Notes under the pieces: model-generated
Database searches by the model: none
What the model was told of the DNA's origin: nothing
What the model saw: only the letters and a program-made list of their open reading frames with translations
Shown: positions 23,819-36,174 of the stretch, in pieces
Layout of the letters: every line of letters starts with the position of its first letter
Numbering within the stretch: position 1 is the first letter of the stretch
Origin: Geosiphon pyriformis uo1
Lineage: Eukaryota > Fungi > Glomeromycota
Direction of reading: 5' to 3'
NCBI GenBank assembly: GCA_016748015.1
Contig: JAAOMT010000128.1
Location: 565,538 to 629,537 of the forward strand
DNA: 64,000 nucleotides
Position numbers and translations under genes: made by a program

Positions 23819-24798
23819 GTTTTTGGTGCTGCCAATGGTAGTGCTTGAGAATATATGAATAGTTGTCAAAGGTTCTCTGGTTAGATGGCCTCCAATCTAG
23901 TATCTGGTGCTATATTTAAAATCAAAATAGCCCTGCTTAGTTTTTTGTTTCAGTTACTGTCTGGTTGTATTGGGCTTAAGTCTGTTTCAAGAGATATTGT
24001 TAAGTTGTTCTGTGTGGAATTTGCATCTTAGGAAAGTCTAAATGGCACTACCAAAGTGGCTATTGGTGATAAAAATTTTTTGACCACTTTTAAGATTGCA
24101 AAGTCTTCTGGTGTGGCCTCTGTTTTTTTCTCTCTTTTGTTAGTTGCACTTTGTGATGTATCTTTGGATACCTTTTTTGATGACATCAAATCTGCTCTTG
24201 GCATTTTTGGTGTTGTTATTTCTGTTAAGTTGAAGCCTGCTGGTTTATGGCAATATGCTGTGGTTTATTTTAAAGACACTTTTTCTGCTGTTGCCACTCT
24301 TACTTATTGGTCCAAACTGGTTAGGAAAAACAGTATTAGAATTTTTCTTATTATCAACCAAAATAATGTTATTTCTTCAAAAAATGCTTTTAAAACTAAA
24401 TTGGTTAATATTTTTTTTGGCTGTACTGCCTTTGAAATAAGTGATTTGGTCTCCCAAGTTGATAGCCATAGATGTTTCATTTTTCGCTCCCCTGAATCTT
24501 ACCAATGTTAACATTTTGCTGTGGTTACCTTTGATTTTTTGGAATTTCTGAATGTTGCTGTGTCAAAGACTGGTATTTTGCATAGTTGCCACATCTGGTG
24601 GGAAACTCTTGGATATTGCCACTATTACAGATGTTAAGACTTGAGTCATTTGGCTGTAGACTGCAAGGTATCACTTCTTCTCCCACCCAAATTCTCTTCT
24701 AATGCTTTTAGTGACCCCAAAATTTTCAAACCTTTATTTGTTAGATCTAAATCTTATGCCAAAGCTGTTGTCTTTGTGGTTTTTTCTGTTGCTGCTGC

Positions 24799-26184
24799 TG
24801 TTACCAGATGAAATTAGAGATATTATTTAGCATGAAATTATCTTTATTCCTATCATTAATTAGCATATATTATTGTCTCAAATTATCACCTATTACATTA
24901 ACAAAATGTCCGAAATTATCATTTAATTAATAACCCAATTTGTACATAACACAAATATAACCTAAGTGCAATGATTAATCATGCAATACCCCGAAATATA
25001 TAACATTCAAAAGTTCGCCAAAATTTGTAAAAATTTGCCGAAATAATTGACAGTTCACCAAAATATCTAATAGTTCACAGAAATAACTTGTAATTTGCCA
25101 AAATATATCTTCAGTTCAGCAAAATTGTAGAAAATAGCAAAGTTCAAGTTCATAAAATAGTGTTATGACAAGTTGTATAAAAGAAGAGCTTCTCTCTTCA
25201 AAAAAATGTATTTTACTTTAGATTTATTACTTAGAACCATTTCTATACACACAAAAAGAAATAAATATTAAATAATTTGAAAAACCAAATTCTTTAATTA
25301 TTGCACTTAGAAATCCCCAAAACCCAACTAACGTTTTGAAATTGATTAGCTACCAATTTCAGTAAAACTGTTAGTGACTCTGGGCCTGAATAGAAAACGT
25401 TTCCCTTAACAAAATTCTATTTCTTTTACATTTCTTTTATTTTCTTTCTTTTATTTTCTTATTATAATCATTAGGGTAGTCTACAGACAAAATTCCTGTA
25501 AAAGAATTGACTTTTACAGCAAAGTAACTACACATTTTTAGTAAGCTTCCAGACAAGCAATTCCTGGGAAAGAGTTGACATTTACTACAATGTAACTACA
25601 TGAAGCAACTGGCATGGAATTGGCCATTCCACTTATAAGNNNNNNNNNNNNNNNNNNNNAAAAGAAATAAATATTAAATAATTTGAAAAACCAAATTCTT
25701 TAATTATTGCACTTAGAAATCCCCAAAACCCAACTAACGTTTTGAAATTGATTAGCTACCAATTTCAGTAAAACTGTTAGTGACTCTGGGCCTGAATAGA
25801 AAACGTTTCCCTTAACAAAATTCTATTTCTTTTACATTTCTTTTATTTTCTTTCTTTTATTTTCTTATTATAATCATTAGGGTAGTCTACAGACAAAATT
25901 CCTGTAAAAGAATTGACTTTTACAGCAAAGTAACTACACATTTTTAGTAAGCTTCCAGACAAGCAATTCCTGGGAAAGAGTTGACATTTACTACAATGTA
26001 ACTACATGAAGCAACTGGCATGGAATTGGCCATTCCACTTATAAGCCCAGCAGTTCAAATTATAGGAGATAATTTGAAGATAAAATTCAGTTATCAGAGG
26101 TTCAAACACTTTCTATAGTCGTGAATTAACAGCATTACAACAAACATACAAGAGCTAAGAAGAGACCAAAAACCTCCAGTAACA
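24799..26184 (+). repeat. C1 5' LTR (true length ~980 bp; inflated by a duplication around an assembly gap)
   Basis: TGTTACC..GTAACA; about 25253-25639 is repeated after N20 at about 25660-26047. Confidence 0.9.
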
Positions 26185-26229
26185 TTTGGTGCTCTTCCAT
26201 GGAAACAATACAGCAAAAACAACTTCAAA

Positions 26230-28100
26230 GTGGTGACTACACCAGATGCAACAACTTTAGAGTATTACCAGTCAATTTACATCCACTGCAAGCAAAGATT
26301 CAACATTCCAGACAGAATTGAAGTTGTCAAGAAATCAGTATACCAATACATTGAAAACTGCATCAACAATTATCTTTTTAGAAATTACAATATCTCAGAA
26401 GTTAGAAGCAATTTTTACAATAATTTAGTACACTATTCACAATTGAGAACTGAAAACCTTAACAGTGAAACACTTGCCACTTACTTTCAAAAACTTAATT
26501 TTAACATTATCAAGTACTGTAAAGAAACATATTCAGTGCAGTCTCAATACTCTATTGATTTTGAATTAGAGACAAAAACAAGCAACAAAGGCAAACAAAA
26601 ATTGAAGCAATACTCAAAAACCACCCCAAATACTCCAATACTACCAAAAACAACTGCCAAATACTTACAAACACCTGAACAAGAAACCAGTTCAAAACTT
26701 CCACTTACTATCACACTTTTTCTAGCTTCACTTGCACAAGCACAAACACCTAATTCACCCTTAAATTGATTTGCAAGACTAGAAAATTTTACATCACCCA
26801 GAAGTCCCACCAGACAACAAGAACCCCTTCAAACTAGTTCCAATCTCCTTGACTTTCTAGCTGAAAATCGAAGTGAACACTCTGAGACAGCAGTGAATAA
26901 AGAAAATGACTCTGAAATATCTGAAAAAGAATCAATAGACAGTGAAAACGAAGAGGACAAAATAACAGCATACATCACAAAAATCTCTGAATTTAATGAA
27001 AAAAACATTGAAACCAGTCCCCAAGAATGGCTTGACCAAGTTACTAAAGCTGGAGATGCAAATGGATGGAATGCTGCCAGAATTTTAAGAACAATTTCCT
27101 ACTTTTTTAAAGAAACAGCAGACAAATGGTTCGAAAACTTGACCACCTCTTTTAATGACTGAACAGCTTTCAAAACTGTCTTCTTAGAACAATTCACTAA
27201 TAACAACACCTCAATCACACTTCGAAATTGTTTTCGCAATATCAAACAAGAACTCTCCGAATCTGTTATGACTTATATTGAGAAATTCAACAAACTTTTC
27301 AGAGGAATTTGCCAACTTGAAACTAATGATTATTATTCCGATGCTCAAATCTTGGATCAATTTATCACTGGTTTAAAGAATAAACTGATTAAAAAGGTTT
27401 GTCCACATGTCCCAGAAGATTTAAACTCTGCCATTCAGCATGCAAAGAGATATAAAATGGCCATGAAAGAAGCCAATTGTACAAAACTCATGAACTTAGC
27501 CATTGGAGAGACCAGCTCAGCAGCTGAAAAGAAAATTAACCAACTTACAAAGAAAGTCGAAAACTATTTTACCAACCAACAACAATAGCAACCCCAAAGA
27601 TATTAACCACCCCAAAGATAGAATCAAAACAACTTCGTATTATCCTCTAATAACCAGTCTCAGAATTGCCATTACTGTGGAATTTCTGGCCACTAAAAAA
27701 GAGATTGCAGAAAGCTACAATGAGACCAACAAAACAGGAGTAATTAACATTACTCTTTGCCACAACAATCTTATTACCAACTACCACTACCACCAGCTTA
27801 CTATCCACCAAGACTGCAATATCAAACCGACTACTATCAACTTGCTCCACAGCCAATACAACAACAGTATTGACAACTCATTTAACATTACCAAGTACTT
27901 GTTCGAAGATTGGTTCAACAAAACTAATTTGCACCACAAAACTAATTCACAACAAACAACAACAGAATCAACCCAAATAACCAATTAGTTCCCTGAAATT
28001 CAGCTTAGCCAAGACCCACCCATTATCATACTCAACCTAGCTATCTTACAATATCTGAAGAACAGGATTTTCACCATACTGCACTCTCGGAAGGTAGAGC
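26230..28100 (+). pseudogene. gag: C1 gag (in frame with pol)
   Basis: SPQEWLDQVTKAGDANGW, QILDQFITGL, CHYCGISGH*KRDC knuckle; end approximate. Confidence 0.85.
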
Positions 28101-28266
28101 TGCAGCATGACAACAAAACCCTTCTTATACTCTTACCACAATCCCACCAGCCAGAATTGCTAAAAATACCAACCTTTCAGATATATTCCCTTTTAAGTTT
28201 GAAGCAAATGAGTTACCATTCCTGCTTAGCAATGCAGTCTCCAATGAACAAAAAGCAATCACTGCT

Positions 28267-28614
28267 ATGTACACTGAAGCAGAAGTCGAAGAAAAGACAA
28301 TTTGCTTGATTCTAGACAGTAAATCTGCTGGAAGCATTATCATCTACCAGTTAATGCAACAGTTAAAGAGAAATGTCAACCAACCAGCTCAAACAGTAAT
28401 TGTTACTGCTGATGGCATGAAAAAGACTCCAGTAGGAGAAATTGACAATTTTCCATTTACTCTTGATGGAATCACTATTCCAGTCAAAGTTCTTGTAATG
28501 AACATGCCCCAGTATCAAGCCCTTGTCAGAAATGATTGGCTCCAAAAAGCCAATGCAAAATTAGACTGGGAAACCCAAGAATTACAACTCTCCTATCAAG
28601 GACAACATGCCTGA
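28267..28614 (+). pseudogene. C1 aspartic protease
   Basis: CLILDSKSAGSII...QALVRNDWL. Confidence 0.88.
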
Positions 28615-29589
28615 GTACCCACTACTTGTGGTACATTCAACAAACAATCAGAGAAAGCCCCTGTCTTTGAATTTGAAGAAAAGAAAGAAAATCCTGTAGT
28701 CAAAACATTTATGGCACTTGAATCAACATTTAACTGGACTGAAAAAACTGAGCAAACATATTTTGCAACAAACTCATATCCAGAGGAACCAGAAACCCCT
28801 GAATGAAACATCCCATATTCTAAACCAGAACCAAAGAAATAACACTCTTACATTTCGCTTAAATGCAAAGACTGCCACAAGAAACTCTCCTCAATGAGAG
28901 CCTGCATTTCACCTGAAGAAGAATATGAAAATCATACTTGTTATTACTATAAGGCTTGCCACAGAGAATGATGGGGCCATCTAATAAAAAGAAGCAGAAA
29001 ATGAAACAACACCCCTTGTTTGACTTGTGAAAATATGCTACCAGAAGAATACAATTAGATTGATGTAGCAATGAAAGAAGAAGTCTGCAATCAAACCTGC
29101 CAATATGCTTTATCAATTTCAGAAAAAGTCAAAAGAGGAACACCTTTTGATGCAGCATACAACAATGCTCTCAACAAACTTTATCACTACCCCCATGATG
29201 CTGATATAATTTTCGACCTAGCAATAACATTAGTTAATAGAGCTACCAAAGAAAATGTTCATTAAATAAAAGAAACAGAATACATTGAATACACCATGGA
29301 ATTAGCTGGATTCGATTATAAAGATGAAGTAGAAGTGTACCATCAAATTGCAAGTCACACCTACCCAACTAAAGAAGCTCAAGCTCAATGGTTAGAACAA
29401 ATGAACATTAAATTATGTAAGAAATGCATAATGCCTTGTGATGAACAATGGTGTTCTGAATGCTATGCTCTTAGCATTCCCTTGCTCAGCAAAAGTGATG
29501 AATACAAAATTGAATTTGGAGAACCTAAAGCAACAGAAGAAATTAAAACAACACCCATCTATCTCATCGAAAATCAGTCTGTCTTACAA

Positions 29590-30016
29590 CTCAAATACTT
29601 CAACAACAATAGACAAGGAATAAAACCTGAAAAAGCACATAAAATTGATGCTGGATATGACCTAAGATATCTAGACAAGAATACTTTCATTCTCAAACCC
29701 AAATCTCTCACAAAAATCAATCTCAAAATTGCTCTCGAAATCCTGCCAGGAGCAATGGTTCAAATTGCCTCCCAGTTCTCTCTGGCAAGCAAAAGAATCA
29801 ATGTCAGAAGAGGAATAATTGATGCTAGATATACTGGTAACATAACAGTAATACTCCAAAACAAAACTGACAAGCCATTTAAGATTGAACATGCTGAGAA
29901 AATTGCCCAAGCTATTTATTTACCTTTAATCAACATTTCAGGTTTACAATTAGTCAATCAAAGAGAACTATTAGAAAAAAGTGAAAAAGGAACCCAAGAT
30001 TTTAGTTCAACTGGAC
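29590..30016 (+). pseudogene. dut: Trimeric-type dUTPase domain inside C1 pol
   Basis: Motifs DAGYDL, QIASQFSLA, IIDARYTG, KIAQAI, EKGTQDFSSTG. Confidence 0.9.
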
Positions 30017-30449
30017 AATTCACAGTTCCAGTAAACATAGCCCTCAATGAACAGAAAGAATCTCACCAGATTTTATGACTTCCACAACCAATTACCATTT
30101 CACCCTTTGGAGAACACCCTGAAATTTATACTTGTGAAAAGCCAACAACCAAACAACAAATTTTTGAATCCAATGAACAAATTTGCTTAAAACATAATAT
30201 CTTGATCTTAAACATTTATATTCCAGAAGGAACAAAGAAAATCTGAGTTAATTTTTACAATCTCAACAATTTCCCCATATTTTTATTAAATAACTTAGAA
30301 ATTGGAGTTATTCACAGTAATATCTTTCAACAAGAATTACCCCAAACAGTCTCCGATTTCTCTGAAATTATTGGACATTTACTACCAAAAATTAACCCAA
30401 ACCCCAGCTCTGAAAACTACTATGTTGTCATGGAAAAACTATCTTGAAT

Positions 30450-31853
30450 CAACATGAGACAACTTGAACCACAACAACAGAGCCAGCTCAAAGAGCTAAT
30501 TGTAGAATTTGCTGATATCTTTGCCAAAAACAACAATAACTTAGGAAAAACTGATTTGGTCCAACACCAAATCTATACAGAAGATGCCAAACCAAGGTGA
30601 CAGCAAGCCTACCGAGTTGCTCCAGAAAGCCACCAATTTATCTGCGAAGAAGTACAACAGATGCTCAACAATAGGCTTATTCAACCATTAATGAATCCAT
30701 GGGTCTCACCTGTGGTCTTAGTTAAAAAAAATTGAAAGATATGATTTTGTGTTAATTATTGACAACTATACAGTGTTACCATTGGAGATGCCTATCCTCT
30801 TTCCTGAATTGATAATATGTTGGATGCCCTTGAAAAGGCCAAATACTTTTCAACACTAGATCTAGAAAGCAGATACTGGCAAGTTGCCATGAACCTCAAA
30901 GATTGTCCCAAAACAGCCTTCACAATCCAAAAAGGAAACTATGAATTCAATGTAATGCTTTTTGGATTATGCAATGCACTAGCAACATTTCAGAGATTAA
31001 TGGATATTGTGTACAAAAAACTCTTTTGAAAGTCAGTAGTCATTTATCTTGATGATACTGATGTTTATTCTCCATCATTCAAATTACACTTAAAACACCT
31101 GCAAGAAGTTTTTTAATGATTACAAAAAGCAGGACTGAAACTTAACATCAAAAAATGCTATTTTGGAAAAACAAGCTTGGTCTTTCTTGGTTACATTGTT
31201 AGTAAAAATGAAATTAAACCAGACCCTGGAAAAATCAGCACTGTCAAAAACTTCAAAACTCCTCAAAACACTACAGAACTAAGAGGATTCATAGGGTTAG
31301 CCTTCTACTATCGGAAGTTTATCAAAGAATTCTCAGAAATTGCAAAACCTCTCAACCAGCTTACCACCAAAAATGTCAAATACAAATGGACTGCTGAACA
31401 CCAAAACGCATTTGAAATCCTCAAAAAAAACTAATAACAGCTCCAATTCTCGCCTACCCAGATTTCAGTAACTGATTTTGGTTAGCAACAGATGTCTCTT
31501 ATACTGCCTTTGGTGCCATTCTATCACAGTTAAATAACAATGGAAATGAGTGAGTAATTGCTTATGCTAGCAGAACATTAAAACCAGCTGAAAAAAACTA
31601 CTCTACAATAGAATTAGAAACTGCAGCAGTAATCTGGGCCCTACATCACTTCAACCTTTACCTCAGACCCAAAGAATTTGATATTATCACTGATAATATT
31701 AGACTCAAATGGCTTTAGAACAAAAACACTCAGCTAAATACAAAACAAACCCGATGGACAGGATTTCTAACCAACTACCAATACATTGTACACCACAAAT
31801 CAGGAAAACTCTACACCAACATTGATTGTCTCTCAAGAATGAGGCAAGATTAG
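30450..31853 (+). pseudogene. pol: C1 RT-RNaseH
   Basis: [31 protein letters not shown]; ends DCLSRMRQD*. Confidence 0.92.
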
Positions 31854-31899
31854 AATACAAAACCAACACCCATTTGAATTAACAACAAAACAACAAACA

Positions 31900-33285
31900 A
31901 TGAACTCTGAAAACTACAACAATCTTAAATAATATTTGGAGACATTAACAATTCCAACAGATTGGTTCTCAGATAAAAAACATTGGTTACAACAACAAGC
32001 CAAACAATACTTCTTACACAACAACATGATTTATTATCGAAACTTCAAAAACCCAGACAATCCACTCAGATTAATACAAAAACATGAAAAAGAAATTATT
32101 TTATATAACATGTACTCAGACCTTTCATCAGCACACCTAAAAAAAGACAGCACCATCCAGAGAACACTAGAATATTATTTTTGGCCTCAAATGAGAAAAG
32201 ACATTCATGAATATGTTAAGTCTTGTGATAGTTGTCAAAGAAGAGGAAGAACTTGCCCTACAGAACCTTTAAACCCAATCAAAATTGGACAGTCTTTTAA
32301 CCGAGTTGGTATCAATTTAGTCAGACCACTTCCTATTACAAACCAAGAAAACCATTATATTGCAGTAGCTGTAGACTATCTCACCAAATGGCCTGAAGCC
32401 TGAGCCATTCAAAAAGCAGATGCAAAATCAGTAACAAACTTCATCTACGAAGACATCATTTGTAAACATGGATGCCCAATAGAATTTTTATCTGATCAAG
32501 GAACACATTTCGTAAACAATTTAATCCAGAAAATTTGTGGACAATTTAATGTCAAAAGACCATTATTTTTGCTATACCATCCACAAACAAATGGACTTGT
32601 AGAACATTTCAACAGAACATTGTGTGAATTATTAGCCAAAGTCTCAACCAATTTTGAGCAAGAATGGGATCTCTTTATTCCATTAGTGTTACTAGCATAT
32701 AGAACACTAAAATAAGATACCACAAAACACACACTATTTGATTTAACTTACAGAAGGACAGCAACATTACCAATTAGTTTTACAATGGAAACATACCCAG
32801 TACAACTAATTAATAAAGACAACTTTTAGGAAACACTACAATGAAGAGCTTACACACTGCTTAGCATGTTGGAAGGAAAATGACAAATAGCAGCCACTCA
32901 TATTAAACACTCCCAAGCTCAACAAAAAGAATGGCATGACGACAAATTGCCTTCAGTTACCAATGGATTTAAAATTGGAAACAAAGTTTTCTTACACAGA
33001 ACTAAAGCTAAAAAACAATGGAGTGGAAAATTTGAAAATAAATGGGATAAACCATTCTTTATCTATGAAGTTTTAGACAATAGATTATACAAGCTAAGAC
33101 TTGATGACAAAATCTTAGCAAAAGTTGCACATGGAGATCATTTGAAACACTATAATTCCAGAAACAATTCTGAACTATTAATTCCACAAATTGGTACACA
33201 TTTCCCTTTAATTAATCCTGAAGATATTTCCCAAAATTTAGAACCAATAGTCGTCATTGAACAATCTCCCAACTTAAACACTTAA
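31900..33285 (+). pseudogene. C1 integrase (own ATG)
   Basis: MNSENYNNLK start, AHL..CDSC, VDYLTKWPEA, WDKPF; no chromodomain. Confidence 0.9.
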
Positions 33286-33405
33286 CTTAAATTTATTATT
33301 ATAGTTATCTCCTTATAATTTAGAAATAATCTCACAAAAACAAAGCAAAAATAATAAAAACTCATACACCAAAAATAATTTTCTTTTATTTTCAAATCTC
33401 TTATA

Positions 33406-34125
33406 ATGACTATTCCTTAAAACATTCAACAATTATCTCAAAAACTAATGTTAGCTTTAAAAACAATACCCGAATTATTCATTACTGTTACTGGAAGCCA
33501 CATTAATTATACCCAAACAGAAGTAGTTACAAATTTAGTCCCAAATTCACAAAAATATTACCTGTATAAGAAGAACACAAGAAGTTATTCTGGAATTCAC
33601 CTGCCAGAACTTTTAAAGCTTGCTTTAAGAGAAAACTTAATGCTCACTCCTATTAGTATTCCACCAAATGCTACTATTCAACAAAAACTTCAACTGTGTC
33701 TTAACGAAGAAAACTATGACTATACTCCAATATATAGATATTTTTACATTGGAAAAACACTTTATGAACGAAAACAGGAGCTTACAGCAGCAAACCTCAC
33801 AAAAGAAGCTATTCAGAAACAACTCCACAATGAATTCAAGACAACAGCTGGACCTACAAACAGTTGTTATAAACTAAGAGCTGTTCTTAGACTTTATGAC
33901 CTATTTCACACCTGTAAAAACGTTCTACAAAACCCAATTTTACAATCTTTGAAGATTCAATACATTGAAAAGCTCACAGAACTGAAATTTCAACAATTTT
34001 CAGACCAAATTTTTTCAATAATTTTGGATTATTATCTGGAAATTATAAACAGTACTTGGACTTTGATGGAGCTCAGTCTTGAGGAAGAAATTATATTACC
34101 AGATAAAATTAGAGATATTATTTAG
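33406..34125 (+). CDS. C1 ORF-X (~240 aa; early CAA>TAA stop, open from 33448)
   Basis: 225-aa open frame crossing the PPT into the 3' LTR; homologous to C2 56350-57057. Confidence 0.75.
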
Positions 34126-35074
34126 CATGAAATTATCTTTATTCCTATTATTAATTAGCATATATTATTGTTTCAAATTATCCCCTATTACATTAGCAAA
34201 ATGTCCAAAATTATTATTTAATTAATAACCCAATTTGTACATAACACAAATGTAACTTAAGTGTGATAATCAATCATGCAATACCCCAAAATATGTAATA
34301 TTCAAAAGTTCACCGAAATTTGTAGAAATTTGCCGAAATAATTAACAGTTTACTGAAATATCTAATAGTTTACAGAAATAACTTGTAGTTTGCCAAAATG
34401 TATCTTCAATTTAGCGAAATAGTAGAAAAAAACAAAGTTCAAGTTCATAGAATAGTGTTACAATAAGTTGTATAAAAGAAAAGCTTCTCTCTTCAAGAAA
34501 ATGTATCTTACTTTAGATTTATTACTTAGAACCATTTCTACACACACAAAAAGAAATAAATATTAAATAATTCAAAAAACCAAATTCTTTAATTATTGCA
34601 CTTGGAAAATCTCCAAAACCCAACTAACATTTTGAAATTGATTAGCTACCAATTTCAGTAAAACTGTTAGTGACTCTGGGCCTGAATAGAAAACGTTTTT
34701 CTTGACAAAATTCTATTTCTTTTACATTTCTTTTATTTTCTTTCTTTTATTTTCTTATTATAATCATTAGGGTAGCCTACAGATGAGATTCCTGTAAAAG
34801 AGTTGACTTTCACAACAAAGTAACTACATATTTTTAGTGAGCTTCTAGACGAGCAATTTCTGGGAAAGAGTTGATGTTTACTACAATGTAACTACACAAA
34901 GCAACTGGCACAGAATTGGCCATTCCACTTATAAGCCCAGCAGTTCAAATTATAGAAGATAATTTGAAGATAAAATTCAGTTATCGGAGGTTCAAACACT
35001 TCTCATAGTCATGAATTAACAGCATTACAACAAACATACAAGAGCTAAGAAGAGACCAAAAACCTCCAGTAATA
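34094..35074 (+). repeat. C1 3' LTR
   Basis: Direct repeat of the 5' LTR; termini mutated to TA..TA. Confidence 0.93.
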
Positions 35075-35489
35075 CTGCTAATATGAACTTAGATCTTAGT
35101 GGTCTCTCTAAAACTACAACACCCATGTTGTCTGCTGTTTTTTTTGCTTCTAATTTTGCTATTAAATCTAGGTTGACTTCTCTGGAATTCCATCTTAGTG
35201 AACTGTCTGTGTTAATAAAATCCTTAGTTGAACCTGTTAGTGCTCTGGTTGTATTGGTTACCAAATTGCTGTCTACTCCACCTACCATAGATGTGTTAAT
35301 TAAGGAAAGTATGGCTGAGTTGGCTAAGCAAAATAAAGGCTTGGCTGCTGTTGTTATCATGATGCAAAAAAGAATAATACATCTTAAAAAAAAATGTAAA
35401 TGGGCCTGCTTAGAAGATGTATCAGAAGAAGATGAAGTTATAGATGATAATAATGATGATAATAAAGATTTTTCAGTCTATGATAACAC

Positions 35490-36122
35490 TATTATGGTTA
35501 AAACTTATACTTCTTATTTATTATTACATGTATTAGCCACTGATGTCATATAAATTAGCCATTCTATTTTTAGAAAGTGATCATTAATCTAGTCATTGAC
35601 CTGATCATTGACCACTTTTAATAACTATATAAGTGATGAATTTTTTAGTTGTAGAAAAGTATGTAAAAATCAAGGATCAAATAAATAAAATAACAACTTT
35701 CATCTTAATCTTTCTCTTATTGCTAAATTTTCTTTTCCTTATCTTCAAGTATCCAAACATTTTGGGATAAAAGACTACTTCTTGAAATGTGTAATTGCAG
35801 CATTTGAAGATTATTAAATAAAATGTGACTAAAGAGTATATCTAATACCTGATATTAAATTTTAAGAGCACTGACATGAGACATAGAATTATATCAGTGT
35901 GTAATCATTTGTTGACAGCATAGACTATCCCTTTACCTTCAGATTCTCTGGTTATCTTTTGAAAAGTATAGTAACTGAGATATTTTATGAGACTGATTTC
36001 GCACATTAAATCCATACTCATTCAATTTGCTCTTTGATGTTAAATTCCTTTTGATTACTTTTATCATCCTACAATCCTGTTTCCCCTTGCTATCTGTTAG
36101 CTTGTTACTCCAACCCATAACA
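35490..36122 (+). repeat. A3 5' LTR
   Basis: Family A LTR ending CATAACA. Confidence 0.9.
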
Positions 36123-36174
36123 TAAAAGTAATGCTCCTTGTGAGGTTGTCAAAATCCACTCTGTTTCCTATTGT

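Larger units (their letters stand above)
24799..35074 (+). mobile_element. Family C copy C1: full-length dUTPase-bearing Ty3/Gypsy element
   Basis: LTRs 24799-26184 and 34094-35074, TSD CTGC (24795-24798 / 35075-35078), PBS 26187-26202, gag-PR-dUT-RT-RH, IN, ORF-X, PPT. Confidence 0.95.
20770..35489 (+). mobile_element. Family D copy D1 (ORF1-only LINE derivative) in three pieces: 20770-21416, 23819-24798, 35075-35489
   Basis: Pieces are collinear with D2 once D2 and C1 are removed; RRM-like and CCHC remnants. Confidence 0.85.

Noticed and set aside
33406-34125. ORF-X as an envelope protein, or a chromodomain after integrase
   Set aside because: No signal peptide, TM segment, furin site or chromodomain aromatic pattern is visible
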